DNA of 64,000 nucleotides from Malacoraja senta (Eukaryota), in the NCBI GenBank assembly GCA_038087875.1, contig CM075991.1:5890001-5954000 (forward strand), written 5' to 3'. The translations under genes were made by a program, and so were the position numbers. Position 1 is the stretch's first letter. Each line of letters begins with the position of its first letter. Below, piece after piece: positions 46,955-61,800 of this stretch. The notes below the pieces were generated by a model that saw nothing but the letters and a program-made list of their open reading frames with translations, had not been told where the DNA came from and searched no databases.

Positions 46955-48360
46955 CAGTAGGTGGATAACTCACTGATATACAGAGAATTGTGAGCTGTTG
47001 CATTTTGGGACGTCGAACAAGGGAAGGACATACACAGTAAATGGTAGGACTCCGGATAGTGTTGTAGAACAGAGGGATCTAGGAGTACGTGCATCGTTCC
47101 TTGAAGGTCGAGTCGCAGGTAGATAATGTGGTCAAATAGGCTTTTGGCACTTTGGCCTTCATCAGTCAGAGTATTGAATATAGAAGTTGGGAGTTCATGT
47201 TGCAGTTGTATAAGACGTTGGTGCGACCGCATCTAGAATATTATGTTCAGTTCTGGGCACTATGTTATAGGAAAGATATTGTCAAGCTTGAAAATGTTCA
47301 GAAAAGATTTACGAGGATGTTGCTAGGACTGGAGGGTGTGAGTTATAGGGAGAGGTTGAGTAGTCTATTCCATGCAGAGGAGGAGGATGAGGGGTGGTCT
47401 TGTAGAGGTGTACAAAATCATGAGAGAAATAGATCGGGTAGATGCAGAGAGTCTCTGGCCCAGAATAAAGCTATCGATTGCCAGAAGACTTAGGTTCAAG
47501 GAAATGATTTAATAGGAATCCGAGGGGCAACTTTTTCACACAAAGAGTGGTGAGTGTGTGGAACAAGCTGCCAGAAGAGGTAGTTGAGGTTGGGACTATC
47601 CCATATTTTAAGAAACAGTTAGACAGGTTTGGAGGGATAGGGACCAAGCGCAGGTTAGTCAAGTCGGCAGAGGAGCGGCAGGTGAAGGAGTGAGTGAGGG
47701 TATTGGCTGAGGAATGTAATTACCAAAAAACGGTAAGTTAGCGAATTGGTCAATTTATCAGCTAATATAAGCAAGGCTTGCTGTAGGGTAGCGGCCTGTC
47801 GGGGAGCGGCTTTCAATAGCGAATAACCTTGTGAGAAAAGTGGGAGTCGTTTGATCGTGAGTCTTGTGAGAAAAGTACGAGTCTTTGGCTCGAGAGTCTT
47901 CATCGAGGAGGCTGAGTCGCAGCGAAGAAATGTCAGGTACGCTGATTCAGTGCGATGCTTGCACGATGTAGGAGGATAGGGACACTGCTGGTACTTCTGG
48001 CTGTTACAAGTGTGGAAATGTTCTGGTTCAGCTCCTGAAGGACCGTGTTGGGGCACTGGAGAGGCAACTGGATGACCTCAGGATCATCCAGGAAAACGAG
48101 AGTTTGCTGGACAGGATATACAGCGAGATCGTTACACCGAAAGTACCAGAAGAGAGAAGGTGGGTGACGACGAGGAAGGAAAGGAAGCTGGAGAGTATAG
48201 GAAACCCCGGGGGATGTACCTCTTGAAAACAGGTTCACCCTCTTGGAAGCTGTCGGGACAAAAGACACTGCCATTCTGAGTGGGGAACAGGTCTGCGAGT
48301 CAAAACGTAGCGCTGAAGCAAAGCCGAAGTGACAGACGTCAGGCAGAGTAGTCGGGGACG
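46955..48360 (+). mobile_element. CR1 RT C-terminal fragment followed by a CR1 5' region/ORF1 remnant (ATG about 47930)
   Basis: LYKTLVRPHLEY..QKRFTRM; then QCDAC..CYKC zinc finger, LERQLDDLR zipper and ENRFTLLE. Confidence 0.8.
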
Positions 48361-48939
48361 ATCGCGAGAGGTGCCAAGAGAGCCAAATTGGAAATATAAC
48401 AGTGGAATTAAGGAGAAAGATAGGAAAAGTTAAGAAAGTCACCAGAATTAACGGGGCAGGGGCCACACAAAGGGATAGGAGAGTATGACCACGTGAAATA
48501 GGAATCGATGTGACAGGTGAGGTGAGTAATGGATTAAAAGTAATATATATGAATGCGCGAAGTAAAATAAGTATAATGGATGGCGAGGCCGGTTCCAGTC
48601 GCCGTCAGCTCCTGACGAAGCGCCCTCTCAAGATGGCGCGGCCTGGTCCTGTTGCCGTCGTGGCAGTTCCGCGATGATTGTGCGTTTTTTAAACTATTAC
48701 TTTTATTTTTAATATCTTTCAGACTAACACATCAGCACTAACACTCTCCGATCGTAAAACACTTTAAAACTTTTAAAGCATAACCAATTTTTTTGTAGAC
48801 ACTTTATTCACCGATCCAGCATGGCCGGCAGAGAGCATTTGAGCGATCCGCGGCAACAAAGATGGGAGCGCGGCTCCGGGAACAAGTCGGAAAAAAACAT
48901 TGAGGTAAGCGGGAGGAGATGCGGAACAGGGAAAAAGCT

Positions 48940-51900
48940 TATTGAGTAAATCACACATACTCACAGATCTGGTTTAACAATATTTATTAAGACACGTATA
49001 CAAAACACTTCAGCATGTTACTCCTATCATGCAGAAGTTCTGACTGACAGCGCTGGTCGGGTTGCCATAATATTAATGGCGTGGTAGTAGGTGTGGCTTT
49101 AAATAATAAAGCTACATTAGTTAGTAGGTAAAGTAACAAAACTACATCTTTCTTGTAAGAATATAAAGTGAAACACATCTACAATAAAGTGATATATATG
49201 TAGAAGAACGTTACTAGCAGCTGACTGATTAATAATGTAACCGAAACGCTAATAGCGCATACGTACTATTGATACAAACAAAGTCCCCATATCTAAAGGG
49301 CGGCCTACAAACCCATCCCGCGCGCATCGGTACAGATCCGCATCTCCTCCCTTCACCGTGCGGCGGGAGCACTGGGGACCCGGGGGACAAACACGGCGAG
49401 TAAGATGAGCGGAGCACCGAGCGCGGTGGCGAGGGAGCTGTAGTCACAATCAATGGTTGGTCTGCAGCTGCACGTCGTGACAGAGGAGAAAGTCCGTCAG
49501 TAGATGTGTAGATCGGAATCGTCGCATCAGGATACGAGACAGCAGGACGTGGTTCCTTCACAGGAAGGAGATGTTGACGCCTGTAGATCCCTCCGTCTGC
49601 ACTCACCGGGCATGAGCGCGGCTCTTTTTCGAAATTGTGAATGGAGTTCAAACGGTCCTAGCCCTTTTTGGTTTGAACGCGAGCGACTTGGCCACTGGAG
49701 AGAGGTTTATGTGGTCAAAAAATCGTGTTTGGTTATCGCGATTCAATTGATGTTGTTACCGAATGGCTAGTGGTGAACGAACCTGTGGCTGCAGTAGTTG
49801 TTTGGGCACAGGAAGTTCAGCACGGGTCTGTCGGGACATCAGGCGTTGGGCAGGAGACCCCAGTTTTGGGTCACAGGCGATGTTTCTCAGGTTTAGCAGG
49901 TGAGACATCGGATTTAGCGAAGTGTGAGCGCTCCATCAATTGCTTGGCGCTCCGGACAGCCCGTTCTGCAAGTCCACTTGATTGTGGGAATTCTGGACTG
50001 CTGGTGACATGGCGAAAATCCCATCGTTGAGCAAAGTTTCTAAAACACTGGCTAGTGAAATGACTCCGTTGTCTGACAAGTGGCGTGCGGGGGCACCGTG
50101 CACGGTGAAATGGTCGCCAGCTTTTGGATTACTGCAGCGGATGTTGGACTTTGGAGCAGGTCGATTTCGAACCAGCCCGAATACGAGTCAACGAGAACCA
50201 GATACTGTTTGCCATGCCACTCGAATATGTCAGTAGCAGGCGTGGACCAAGGCAGAGGAGAAACAGAGTGTGAGAGCAGGGGATGCTTCTGTTCGTGTGG
50301 CATCAGGCTGCTGCAGATAGCACAGGCTTAAACTTCCTCACGCATGAATTTGGTAATTCCGGGATAGTAAAAGATGCTCTGTGCTCGGAGTATGGTTGCT
50401 TCCAGGACGGGGTGACCCCCTGTGAACGACATCAAATGATTTATCTCATATGGCAGTTGGGATGACAGCTCAGTGACCCTTGATTATGACACCGCCCTGC
50501 AGCACCAGTTCATCGCGGACCAGGTAGTATGGGCAAATAGGAAGTGGAGCGTGATATGGTTTATCCTGCCAGCCACGCCGGATGACAGAAGACAATTGCT
50601 GTAAAGTTATATCCGCAGCCAGATGCTCTGCCAGGTCACTTAAACATTCTGTAGGTGCGTACAACACCATCATTACTGTGAAATGGTAATTTTCAGACAG
50701 CTGTTGTTCGCAGGTTGTTCGTGGGGTTGTTGATGTGTCAGCCAGATACATATCCTTGTCCCTTTTGTAGACTAGGGTGAAATCGAAACTCTGTAGCTGC
50801 ATCATCATCCGTTGCAGGTGAGCAGGAGCTGCAAGAATGGATTAATTCTGAATAGTGAGAAACCGTTGGTGGTCTGTTTCGACAACCACGGACTTCCGAA
50901 AAATTAAGTCCTTGAATTTTGTGCGGGTAAAAACCACGGCTAGTAATTATTCTTTCGATCTTCAGTCCCAGACAAGGTACGGGAGGCGTAAGCAATAGGT
51001 CTGCAGTCTCCTTCGACGGAATTCTGTGGGCAAGCACCTCCAAGTCCATATTGGGAAGCATCACACGTGAGTGTCACCGGTAGGTTTAAGGGTAGGGGCA
51101 CAGGACAATAGTAATTTAAGCATTTCGAATGCCCTCTGGTGTTGTGGGTACCAAGACCATGTAGCGTCCTTGTGAGTTAGTTGTCGCAGAGGGGCAGATA
51201 TTTTGTTGAGGTTGGGAATTAATTTCCCCAAGTAGTTAACCGTTCCCAGGAATCTCTGCAAACTTGTCACGTCAGTGAGAACTGGTATCTCATTGATGCC
51301 AATGGTCTTGGAGAGGTCAGGTCTGTGGCCGTCACTGGTGAATACGTGTCCGACATACAGGACCTCCTTGACCTGGAATCTGCTCTTCAGAGTGTTGAGC
51401 TTGCGGTGGATGTCTTTTGCACGGTCCAGTACTTTTTTTAATTGGCATCATGTTCAGCCATGTCGCGTCCAGCAACGAGAATGTCATCAAAAATGATGCC
51501 ACGAGGATACCCAGTAAATAATTGCTCCATTGTACGCTGGAATACTTCGCTAGCAGAGTTGAAGTCAAAGGGCACCGCAAGAATTTGTACCGGCCAAACG
51601 GGGTGCCGAACGTGGTGAGTTTGGACTAATCGGGGTCCAGCGGGATCTCCCCGAACGAGCTGTTGGCATCCATAAAAGAAAACGCAGAGGCATTGCCCAG
51701 TTGAGCAGCGAATTCCTCCATCGTGCGCATTGGGTAGTGCGGGCGTTTGATCGCTGAGTTCAGGTCTCTGGTGTTGATACAAATTTGGATTTCTTCTTTA
51801 ATTTTCTCCGTTGCGACCACCATGGTGGAAATCCAGTTGGTTGGGTCAGTAACCGTGGCAATGACACCCAGGGGCACCACCATCTGGTGCTTATTGTGTA

Positions 51901-52264
51901 CTCCGCCACGCATAGCATGTGGCATGCGGTGCGGTGCTCGTACCACAGGTAAGACATTTGCATCATTGACGATGTTGCCTCTGATGGGTAGCTTCCTAAA
52001 CTTATCGTCAAAATGTTCCTTGCACTGGGAAGTATCTGCTGGGTGGTGCCCTCGGCAGGAGAGATTTGATGGACAGCAGGCCCAAAAGTTACCAGTCCAA
52101 GGTCCTGGCATGCGTTAATGCCATGCAGAGTTGCAACTTTCCCACGGAAAGTTGCAACTCTGTTTCCCACAGAGTTGCAACTTTCCCACAGCCTGTGAAG
52201 TTGTGACGCTAGGTGGTATTTCAGCTCAGCTTTTCCAATTGGGTGCACCTCCCCCCCATCCCCC
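48940..52264 (-). mobile_element. Degenerate Gypsy element: pol remnant plus 3' LTR (48940-49146)
   Basis: Same RT/RNase H fragments as 1-2111; integrase PLPWSTPATDIFEWHGKQYLVLVDSYSGWFEI; LTR is the reverse complement of 19124-19333. Confidence 0.9.
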
Positions 52265-53618
52265 ATTGTAAATATTTGCTGTCCCAGCAGCGAGTCATGC
52301 GGTACCCCACAAGTCACTGCCTGCCATTCTGAATTGGATCCGTTAATCCCTACTCTTTGTTTCCTGTCTGCCAACCAATTTTCTATCCATGTCAGTACCT
52401 TACACCAAATAACATGTGATCTAATTGTGCCCACTAATCTCCTATGTGGGACCTTATCAAAGGTTTTCTGAAAGTCTACATACACTACATTCACTGACTC
52501 TCCCTTGTCCATATTTCTAGTTACATCCTCAAAAATGTCCTGAAGATTAGTCAAGCATGATTTCCCCTTCATAAATCCATGCTGACTCGGACCGATCCTG
52601 TTACTCCTACCCAAATGTGCCGCTTCTTCATCTTTTATAATTAACTCCAGCATCTTCCCCACCACCAATGTGAGGTTAACTGGTCTTTAATTCCTTGTTT
52701 TCTCTCTCCCTACTTTCTTAAAAGGTGGGATAACATTAGATACCTTCCAATCCACAGGAACTGATCCTGAATCTATTGAACATTGGAAAATGATCACCAA
52801 TGCATTCACGATATCTAGAACATCTTCCTTAAGTGCCCTGGGGTGCAGACCATCAGGCCCAGGGGATCTATCACCCTTCAGTCCCATATACGCAACACAA
52901 TTTCCTGCCTATGTGAATTTCCTTCACTTCCTCAGTCACCCGAGGCCATCTGGCCGCTGGTACACAGTGGATAATTGTTTGTGTCTTCCTTAGTGAAGTC
53001 ATATCCAAAGTACAAGTTCAACTCGTCTGCCATTTCCTTGTTCCCCATTATAAATTCACCTGTTTCTGTGTTCAAGGGACCCACTTTTAATATCAAGTCC
53101 TACAAGCTCAACTTATTAACTATTTTTCCCTCTTCACATACCCAAAGAAGCTTTTATAATCCCCCTTCATATTCTTGGCTAGCTTACCTTCCTACCGCAT
53201 CTTTTCTCCCCGTATTGCCTTTTTAGTTATCTTTTGCTGCTCTTTAAACGTTTCCCAATCCTCTGGCTTCCCGCTCATCTTTACTATGTTATACTTCTTC
53301 TCTTTTATTTTTATACTGTCCTTGAATTCACTTGTCAGCCACGGTCGCCTCTTACCACCCTTTAGAATCTTTCTTCCTGTTTCGAATGAACTGATATTGC
53401 ACCTTCTGTATTATTCCTAGAAATACCCTCCATTGTTGTTCCACTGTCATCCCTGCTAGGGTCTCTTTCAAATAAACTTTGGCCAGCTCCTCCCTCATGC
53501 CGCCATAGTCCCCTTTCCTCAACTGTAATAATGACTCTTCCGATGTTCCCTTCTCCCTCTCAAATTGCAGATGAAAACGTATCATATTATGGTCACTACC
53601 TCCAAATGGCTCTTTTAG
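52265..53618 (-). mobile_element. CR1 ORF2 fragment (duplicate of 2112-3465)
   Basis: Near-identical to 2112-3465. Confidence 0.9.
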
Positions 53619-54465
53619 CTTGAGCCAAGAAGTACTTACAAGAGCAACCGCAGTTCTGGAAAAAGGTCTTGTGGACATATTAGGCGAAGATTGGCATATC
53701 AGAGTGATAGCAAGAGCAAAGTATTGAGGAGAGAAGGAACTGCCCAAGATCCAAAGCATACCACCTCATCTGTGAAACGTGGTGGGGGGTGTGATGACCT
53801 GGGCATGTATGGCTCCTGGCTCTCTTATCTGCATTGATGATACAGCTGCCAATGGTAGTTGTATAGTGAATTCTGAATGGTATAGACACATCCGATCTGT
53901 TCAAGTTCGAACAAATGCCTCAAAGAATTGCAGATGCTGGAAAATCGAAGCTAGACAAAAATGCTGGAGAAACTCTCCGGGTGAGGCAACATCTATGTTC
54001 GGAGGGAGGAGGAGAACTTTTTCAAGTTGCTGCCTCACCCGCTAAGTTTCTCCAGCATTTTTGTCTACCCTCAAAACTCATTGGCCGGAGGTTCATTCTG
54101 CAGCAACACAATGATCCTGAACATGCCGCTGAAGCAAGAAATGAGTTTTACAAAGGAAAAAACGGTCAATTCTTGAGTAGTCAAGTCAATCACCCAATCT
54201 GAAACCAACTGAGCATGCCTTCACAGATTTCAAACAGTCATTACATGCAAAGGATATGCAACATAATACAAAACATTACTACTTTCATTTACATGACATT
54301 GCTGTGTCCCAAATATTATAGTGCCCTGCAATAGGGGGACTATGTATAATCATTGCTGTAATCTCTACATGGTGAAACCAAATTGTATAAAAATGTCCTT
54401 TATTAAAATTATGGAGTACAGAGGCAAATAAATAAATGATGTCCCAAACATTATGGAGGGCACTG
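53619..54465 (+). mobile_element. Tc1 remnant with PLE-derived insert and the L1-empty site
   Basis: Duplicate of 3466-10951 without L1-A. Confidence 0.8.
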
Positions 54466-56073
54466 TTCCAGACCCGAACTTAAATCTGAATCAATATGAA
54501 ACCACATCTCCTCAATTAAGAGTGCTCATATTGAAGGCTGATGTGCCACGCGCAATCTTCACCACTGTGTCTCCTTGCATTGCAACTTTAAGGGAATTAT
54601 GTACATATATTAATTGTTCTCGCTGCACTTTCTTTTACAACACTCTGTGTGTCCCTATCATTCACAATGCAGGTCTTGCCATTGGTTATCTTGTAAAATA
54701 GCGACGCGACTCATTTGCAGGAGTTAAATTCCATCTGCCTTTCCTTGGCCTACTTCCCAGGTCTTTCGGTTCATTTTCTAATTTCAGATAATTCGTCTTA
54801 CGATATGAACCGATTGTTTCACACACGTGATCACAATTTTACAACAGTAAATGATCACAACTTTGTTCCTTGCCACATACTGTGTCGAAATTGGATACCT
54901 TAAACCACATAAGGTAAGCAGCAATGCTCTTCAAAATTATCTTTATCGTGTTCCTTAATCCCTCACCATATGTTTTCCTTGACACGCTGCCTCACATTCC
55001 GTATCATTAGAAACATAGAAACATAGAAACATAGAAAATAGGTGCAGGAGTAGGCCATTCGGCCCTTACCGCCATTCAATATAATCATGGCTGATCATCC
55101 AACTCAGTATCCTGTACCTGCCTTCTCTCCATACCCCCTGATCCCTCTAGCCACAAGGGCCACATCTAACTCCCTCATAAATATAGCCAATGAACTGGCC
55201 TCAACTACCTTCTGTGGCAGAGAATTCCAGAGATTCACCACACTACGCTTTCCAACGACATCTTCCCCATAAAAAGGTGCCCAGAACTAAACACGGTCTA
55301 AATGCGGTGTTATCAATGTCCTGCATAACTGCAACATGACCTCCCAACTTCTATGTACCTGCATTCCCAGATCCCTCTGCTCTATAACACTCTGCTGAGC
55401 CCTGAGTAGGTCATGGCCATGTAAGACTTTCCAAAATATACCAACTCACATTTCTGTGTATTAATTTCCATCCACCATTCCTAATCGATTATGATCCCGC
55501 TGCAATGTTTGACATCCATCTTCGCTATCTGCAATCCAACCTACTTTTGTATCTGCAAACTTTCTAATCTTGCCATGTACATTCTCATACTGTAATTTAT
55601 ATACTTGTGAAACAGTAATGGGCCAAGCATCGAACTCTGAGGCACACCACAGGCCTCCAGTCCGAGAAACAACCTTCCACCATTACCCTCAGCTTCCTTC
55701 CATGAAGCCAATATTCTATTTGAAATTCATTGTTCAGGTTAGAAATAATATTGTTCGCAGGAATAATTACATTTAAGAAACTCTAACCTCGTGTCATAGA
55801 AATAGAGTTTGCAACATTCCCTTTTATAAAATGTGACAAAATACAGTAAAATTAGCAGTTCGTGTAATCCCTTGAGGACAGAAATTGCTTGCGCAATGAG
55901 AAAAAAACATTTACGGTTGATGTTTGTTCAGTGGGCTGTGGCTGATGTGCCAGAGGTCACGCTAATTGTCTCAGAGGAATGTCCTCTTTTGTATAAATGT
56001 ATGCTAAATCAATCACCAGTACAGATGGACAGTTGGAAAGTTATGTGTGATTGTTCGCTGCTTCACATAGAAA

Positions 56074-58034
56074 ATGGAATATCCAGCAATTTACTACATA
56101 GCCGCCACTTTCTACCCTGTACTTGTGGCGGTTGGTATTCCTGGTAAGATACTGGGACGAGTAGGTTTAGTTTTGTACAGAAAAACTGCGCGGAAAGAGG
56201 CCCTTCGATCAACCGAGTCCGCGCCAACCAGCAATCCCCGCACACTGACGGCACACGCTAGGGACAATTTACAATTGTACCAAGCCAATCAGCCTACAAA
56301 CCTGTGCATCTTTGGAGTGTGGGCGGATACCGGAGATCCCGGAGAAAAACCCAAGAAGATCACGGGGAGAATGTACAAACTCCGTGCAGGATCAAACCCG
56401 GGTGGTTGGCGCTGTCAGGCAGCACATTTAACGCTGCGCACCGTGCCGCCCTGCGTGCAGTTCTCCTTCCATTCTGTATCTGCTGCTCTGAAGAATAGTC
56501 GCTTTGATACCCAGCCCAGATGCTGCCTCAGCTGACGAGTGTCTTCGGAAGGTTCAGGCTTCAGCGTCTGTTTTATTTCTGGCATTTTGTTCTTATTAAT
56601 GTGTGGTTCTTTTGTCAATCGGGTCAGTTAATTTAGAGCTAGTGTTTACATTTTTTCAGCATGTAACCGTATTCAAATTGTTTCTGGCGCATATTCTTCA
56701 AGCTCCGGGTCTCATTAATACAGACTTTTCCACCAAGATTCAGCGAATGAGAAATGTATACATGTCTGTCAACATGCCTGTTGAATTATCACAACTAGCT
56801 GAAACACCTTCCGGGTTTTCGTTCTCTGATTCATTTGCCAGTTTTGATTTTATGACTGCGTTTCGACTTGCTACGTCTGATATGTCGGAGGAAGCAGTTC
56901 TCCCTGATTCTAATGCTCTCTGATACAAGCTCATTTCGATTGACGCAACGACTCGAAATGACTGAGGTAATCAGTGCGTCGTAGACTTTAGGAGGCCGAC
57001 TGTAAATTGCTGCAAATTACCGACACATCTGCCTCTTCGATCAGCACCGCTCTAAGTATTTCTCCGAACGGAAATTTAGTAAACTGGATCAGGTTTTTGC
57101 TCATTGAAACTAACGTTCTATTTTGTTTCTTGCAGTTAATTTAACGGCGATTGTGATCCTCTCCCGGGGAAAATGTGGTCTCTCCAAATGCATCACCCGT
57201 TACCTAGTGGGAATGGCAACAGCGGATCTAATGATAGTTGTCATTGTTGCTGCAATTGAAAAAGTTAATAACATACACGTTTACGCTCGTTCCTTGTTCA
57301 TTACACCGGTTTGCGCTCTGACACTAATACTAAGTGTAATAACAATCGACTGTTCCGTTTGGTTCACCGTCAGTTTCACTTGCGATCGTTTTATGGCGAT
57401 CTGTTGTCAAAAGCTACGTAAGCGCTACAGCACCGAGAGAGCAGCGTGTGTGATTATGGTGACTGTGGCTGTCGTCAGCTGCGCCCGATCGTTTCCCTTT
57501 TACTTTGCCGTGGAGCCTGCTGTCATAATTGACAATGTGCCTTGGCGTTGCGTCTTCTCAGAGGAGTACGCCACTTTGTCGGAATGGAAAGGTTATGAGT
57601 TACTTGACAGCATCTTAGCACCGTTGTTACCTATCGGTTTAATCCTGTTGTTCAATGGGTTAACTTGCAGACATATCATAGCGGCCAATAGAGTTCGCAG
57701 ACGACTTCGGAACAGCCATGAGAACCAGAAAGATACAGAGGTGGAGAACCGGAGAAAATCGATGATTTTGCTCTTCGCTGTATCAGGCAATTTCATATTA
57801 TTTTGGATACCCTATGTGGTTCATTCTCTGACATGGCAAGCACGTAATTTCTTTTACATCGATAGATATTTGAGCAACCCGGTATTTATCCTGCAGCAGT
57901 TTGGATATATGTTTCAGGTTCTCAGTGTGTGCACAAACACGTGTATCTATACACTGACACAGAGGAAATTCAGGGAGGAGCTGAAGAGTGGAGTGAAATA
58001 TCTACTCACATTGAATGGCCGATTATGTAGTTGA
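56074..58034 (+). CDS. GPR139-like: GPR139-like GPCR copy 3; exon 1 56074-56143, exon 2 57136-58034; about 322 aa
   Basis: Exon 2 translation identical to copy 1; exon 1 differs by G11A; GT/AG sites intact. Confidence 0.88.
56162..56448 (-). mobile_element. HE1-like V-SINE in the intron of GPCR copy 3
   Basis: Duplicate of 12648-12934. Confidence 0.72.
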
Positions 58035-58853
58035 CGTGTAACTCTGATAGCAACTTGGATGAAATTTCAAATAAATGTCTTTAACAATTCGTACGTTCCG
58101 TAAAATGCCACAAAGTCAGTGCAGGTATGCGCTTGACAACCGAGAACCCGGTATACTCACTTAAATTGGTCACGTTTGGAAAGTGTAGACACATGCTACC
58201 TGTTGCAGTTCTGATGTTGCATTGGTGGAATTATATTCCAAACCACTGGATCTTTGATCGCTGCAACATACTTTGTAATATCTGGAGAATATAATATAAC
58301 TCAGAACTGCAAGTCTGGTGTCAGATGAATTGAACCGAAATATTTCGGTTTTCCATAGAAATACATAATTCCTGTGGACTAATGGTTCACCGGCGAAACA
58401 TTTCGCCGCTCATAACACAACTAAAATGTAGCAGCTAGTGAAAGAACACTGTAAAGCGGAGATTGTAGTTTTTACTAGTTTTAGTATAAACTAGACTAAT
58501 TGTGACGCGTTGGGTCCCATGTTCACACGGGAGGGCTGGTCCCCCAACGCAATATTCCACCTCTCCACCAATTCCAATATTAATTAATGTCTCTGTAACC
58601 TTTCATCTTTATCTTTCCCCAAAGCTAACTTGAAACGTAAGTTTCTTGCTGTTTAGAAATCTCCCTCCTATATATCTAAAATGTATTTACCATAAATGTC
58701 CAGATTGAGTCCGCTCGTAAATTAAGTCGTATGTTGAACTTTGGGAGACTTGCCTGCTAAACACAGTGACCAAGAGCAACTCTAATGCAAAATTGCTTAG
58801 AGGAAGGAAGGAAAGCTTGACAATGGACAACAGAGTAAGGTCAGGGCCAATTG

Positions 58854-61800
58854 CGAGCGGTGCGAGGGGGGATGTGAATACGGAGGTCAAAGTACTGTAT
58901 ATGAATGCGCGAAGTATATGGAATAAAGTGGAAGAGATTGAGGCTCAGTTAGAAACTGGCAAGTATGTTTTTGTGGGAATTACTGAGACATGGCTGCAAG
59001 AGAGCCAGGGCTGGGAACTGAATATTCAATGGTATACCTCCTGTCGAAAAGACCGACAGGTGGGCAGAGGGGGTAGGGTTGACCTGTTGGTGAGGAATTA
59101 AATTCAGTCCCTTGCAAGGGGTGACATTGAAACAGGAGATGTGGAGTCAGTATGGATAGAACTAAGGAATTGTAAGGGTAAAAAGACCCCAATGGGACTA
59201 ATCTACAGGCCCCCAAACAGTAGCCTGGACATAGGGTGTAAGTTGAATCGGGTCTTAAAATTGGCATGCAGCAAAAATAATGCTGTGGCTTTTATGGGAG
59301 ATTTCAACATGCAGGTAGACTGGGAAAATCAGGTTGGTACTGGCCCCCTAGAATGGGACATTGTAGAGTGCCTTCGTGATTGATTCTTCAGGCTTGTATT
59401 GGAGCCTACCAAGGAGACGGCAATTCTGGATTTAGTGTTATGTAATGAACCGGATTTGATAAAGGACCTCGAGGTTAATGAGCCATTTGGAGGCAGTGAC
59501 CATAACATGGTCGGGTTTAATCTACAATTGGAGAAAGCGAACAGTACATCGGAGGTGTCAGTGTTGCAGTTGGATAAAGGGGACTATGGGACCATGAGGG
59601 AGGAGCTGGCCAAAGTTGACTGGAAAGATACACTAGCAGGGATGACAGTGGAACAAAAATTGCAGGTGTTTCTAGGAATAATACAGAAGGTGCGGGATCA
59701 GTTCATTCCAAGGAGGAAGAATGATTCCAAGGGGAGAAAGGGACGACCATGGCTGATAACGGACGTCAGGGACAGTATAAAAATTAAAGAGAAGAAGTAC
59801 AAGGTAGCAAAGATGAGCGGGAAGCAAGAGGATTGGGTAATGTTTAAAGAACAACAGAAGATAACCAAAAAGGCAATACGGGGAGAAAAGATGAGGTACG
59901 AAGGGAAGCCAGCCAAGAATATAAAGCAGGATAGTAAAAGCTTCTTTAGGTATGTGAAGAGGAAAAAATTAGTTAAGACCAAAGTTGGACCCTTGAATAC
60001 CGAAAAGGGTGAATTTATTATGGGGAACAAAGAAATGGCAGATGAGTTGAACAAGTACTTGGGATCTGTCTTCACTAAGGAGGACACAAACAATCTTCCT
60101 GATTTAATAGTCGCCAGAGGATCTGGGGTGACAGTGGAACTGAAGGAAATCCACATTAGGCAGAAAATGGTGTTGGATAGGCTGATGGGACTGAAGGCTG
60201 ATAAATCCCCAGGGCCTGATAGTCAGCATCCCAGGGTACTTAAGGAAGTGGCTCTAGAAATCGTGGATGCATTGGTGATAATTGTCCAATGTTCTATAGA
60301 CTCGGGATCAGTTCCTGTGGATTGGACGGTAGCTAATGTTATCCCACTTTTTAAGAAAGGCGGGAGAGAGAAAACGGGTAATTATAGACCACTTAGCCTG
60401 ACATCGGTGGTGAGGAAGATGCTGGAGTCAATTATAAAAAATGAGATAGCCGCACATTTGGATAGCAGTAACAGGATCGGTCCGAGTCAGCATGGATTTG
60501 CGAATGGGAAATCATGCTTTACTATTCTTCTGGAAACAAAGAGTAGGGATTAACTGGTCCCTTTCAGAATGGAAGGCAGTGACAAGTGGGGTACCGCAAG
60601 GCTCTGTACTGGGACCGAGGCTATTTACAATATACATCAATGATTTGGATGAAGGAATTCAAAGTAACATTAGCAAATTTGCAGATGACACAAAGCTGGG
60701 TGGCAGTGTGAAGTGTGGGGAGGATTCTATGAGAATGCAGGGTGACCTGGGCACGTTGGGAGAGTAATAGTAATAGTAATAGTAATAGTAATAGTAATAG
60801 TAATAGTAATTTTATTGTCAATTCAAATAATGTAACGAGTAGTTACACAGAGGATTGAAATTGTGTTTCTCCATACTCCAATGTGCAAGTAATATTTATA
60901 ACACAGACAGACAGTGTACCAATAAAAATAGACAATGGACATATACATTATATAAAATATTCATTAATAAAAGGTGCAATATAGCATACTGTGCAAGTAC
61001 CATACTGCAGACATTGGGTTAAAGTTAATTTGGCAGTCAGTTGGTCTTTGTGTAATGTTCATGGAATTTTCTTGAGTGTGTTGAGTAGTCTGATGGCCTG
61101 AGGGAAAAAGCTGTTTTTGAATCTTGTGGTTTTGCTCCGCATGCTGCGGTAGCGCTTGCCGGATGGTAGGAGGGTGAACAGTTTGTGTGCTGGGTGGGTG
61201 GTGTCTTTGACGATGTTAGTTGCTCTCTTGCGACAGCGAGATGGATATAAGTCTTGAATTGCTGGTTGGGGTGATCTAGTGATCTTCTCCGCTGTCCTCA
61301 CCACTCTCTGTAGGGCCTTCTGGTCAGCAGCAGAGCAACTGCCATACCAGACTGAGAGACTGCTGGTAAGAATGCTCCCAATGGCACCCCTGTAAAAAGT
61401 TGTGAGGGCAGAAGGGGGGAGGTCGGCTCTCCTCATCCGTCGAAGGAAGTGGAGGCGTTGCTGTGCTTTCTTGACTAGGGAGATGGTGTTGGTGGACCAT
61501 GTCTGATCATCTGTGATGTGTACTCCCAGGAACTTGGTGCTTTTCACAGACTCCACTGCACTGCCATTTATGGTGAGTGGGGTGTGTGCTGCCTGTTTCT
61601 TCCTGAAGTCCACAGTTATTGGGCAGATGCATGGCAGATGAAGTTTAATGCGGATAAATGTGAGGTTATCCACTTTGGTAGCAAAAACAGGAAGACAGAT
61701 TACTATCTAAATGGTGTCAAGTTGGGAAAAGGGGAAGTACAACGGGATCTGAGGGTCAATTTATATCAGTCTATGAAAGTAAGCATGCAGTTACAGCAGG

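Noticed and set aside
19124..49146. The two LTRs as ends of one LTR element
   Set aside because: They are inverted, both are 3' LTRs preceded by the purine tract, and they share the same flank.
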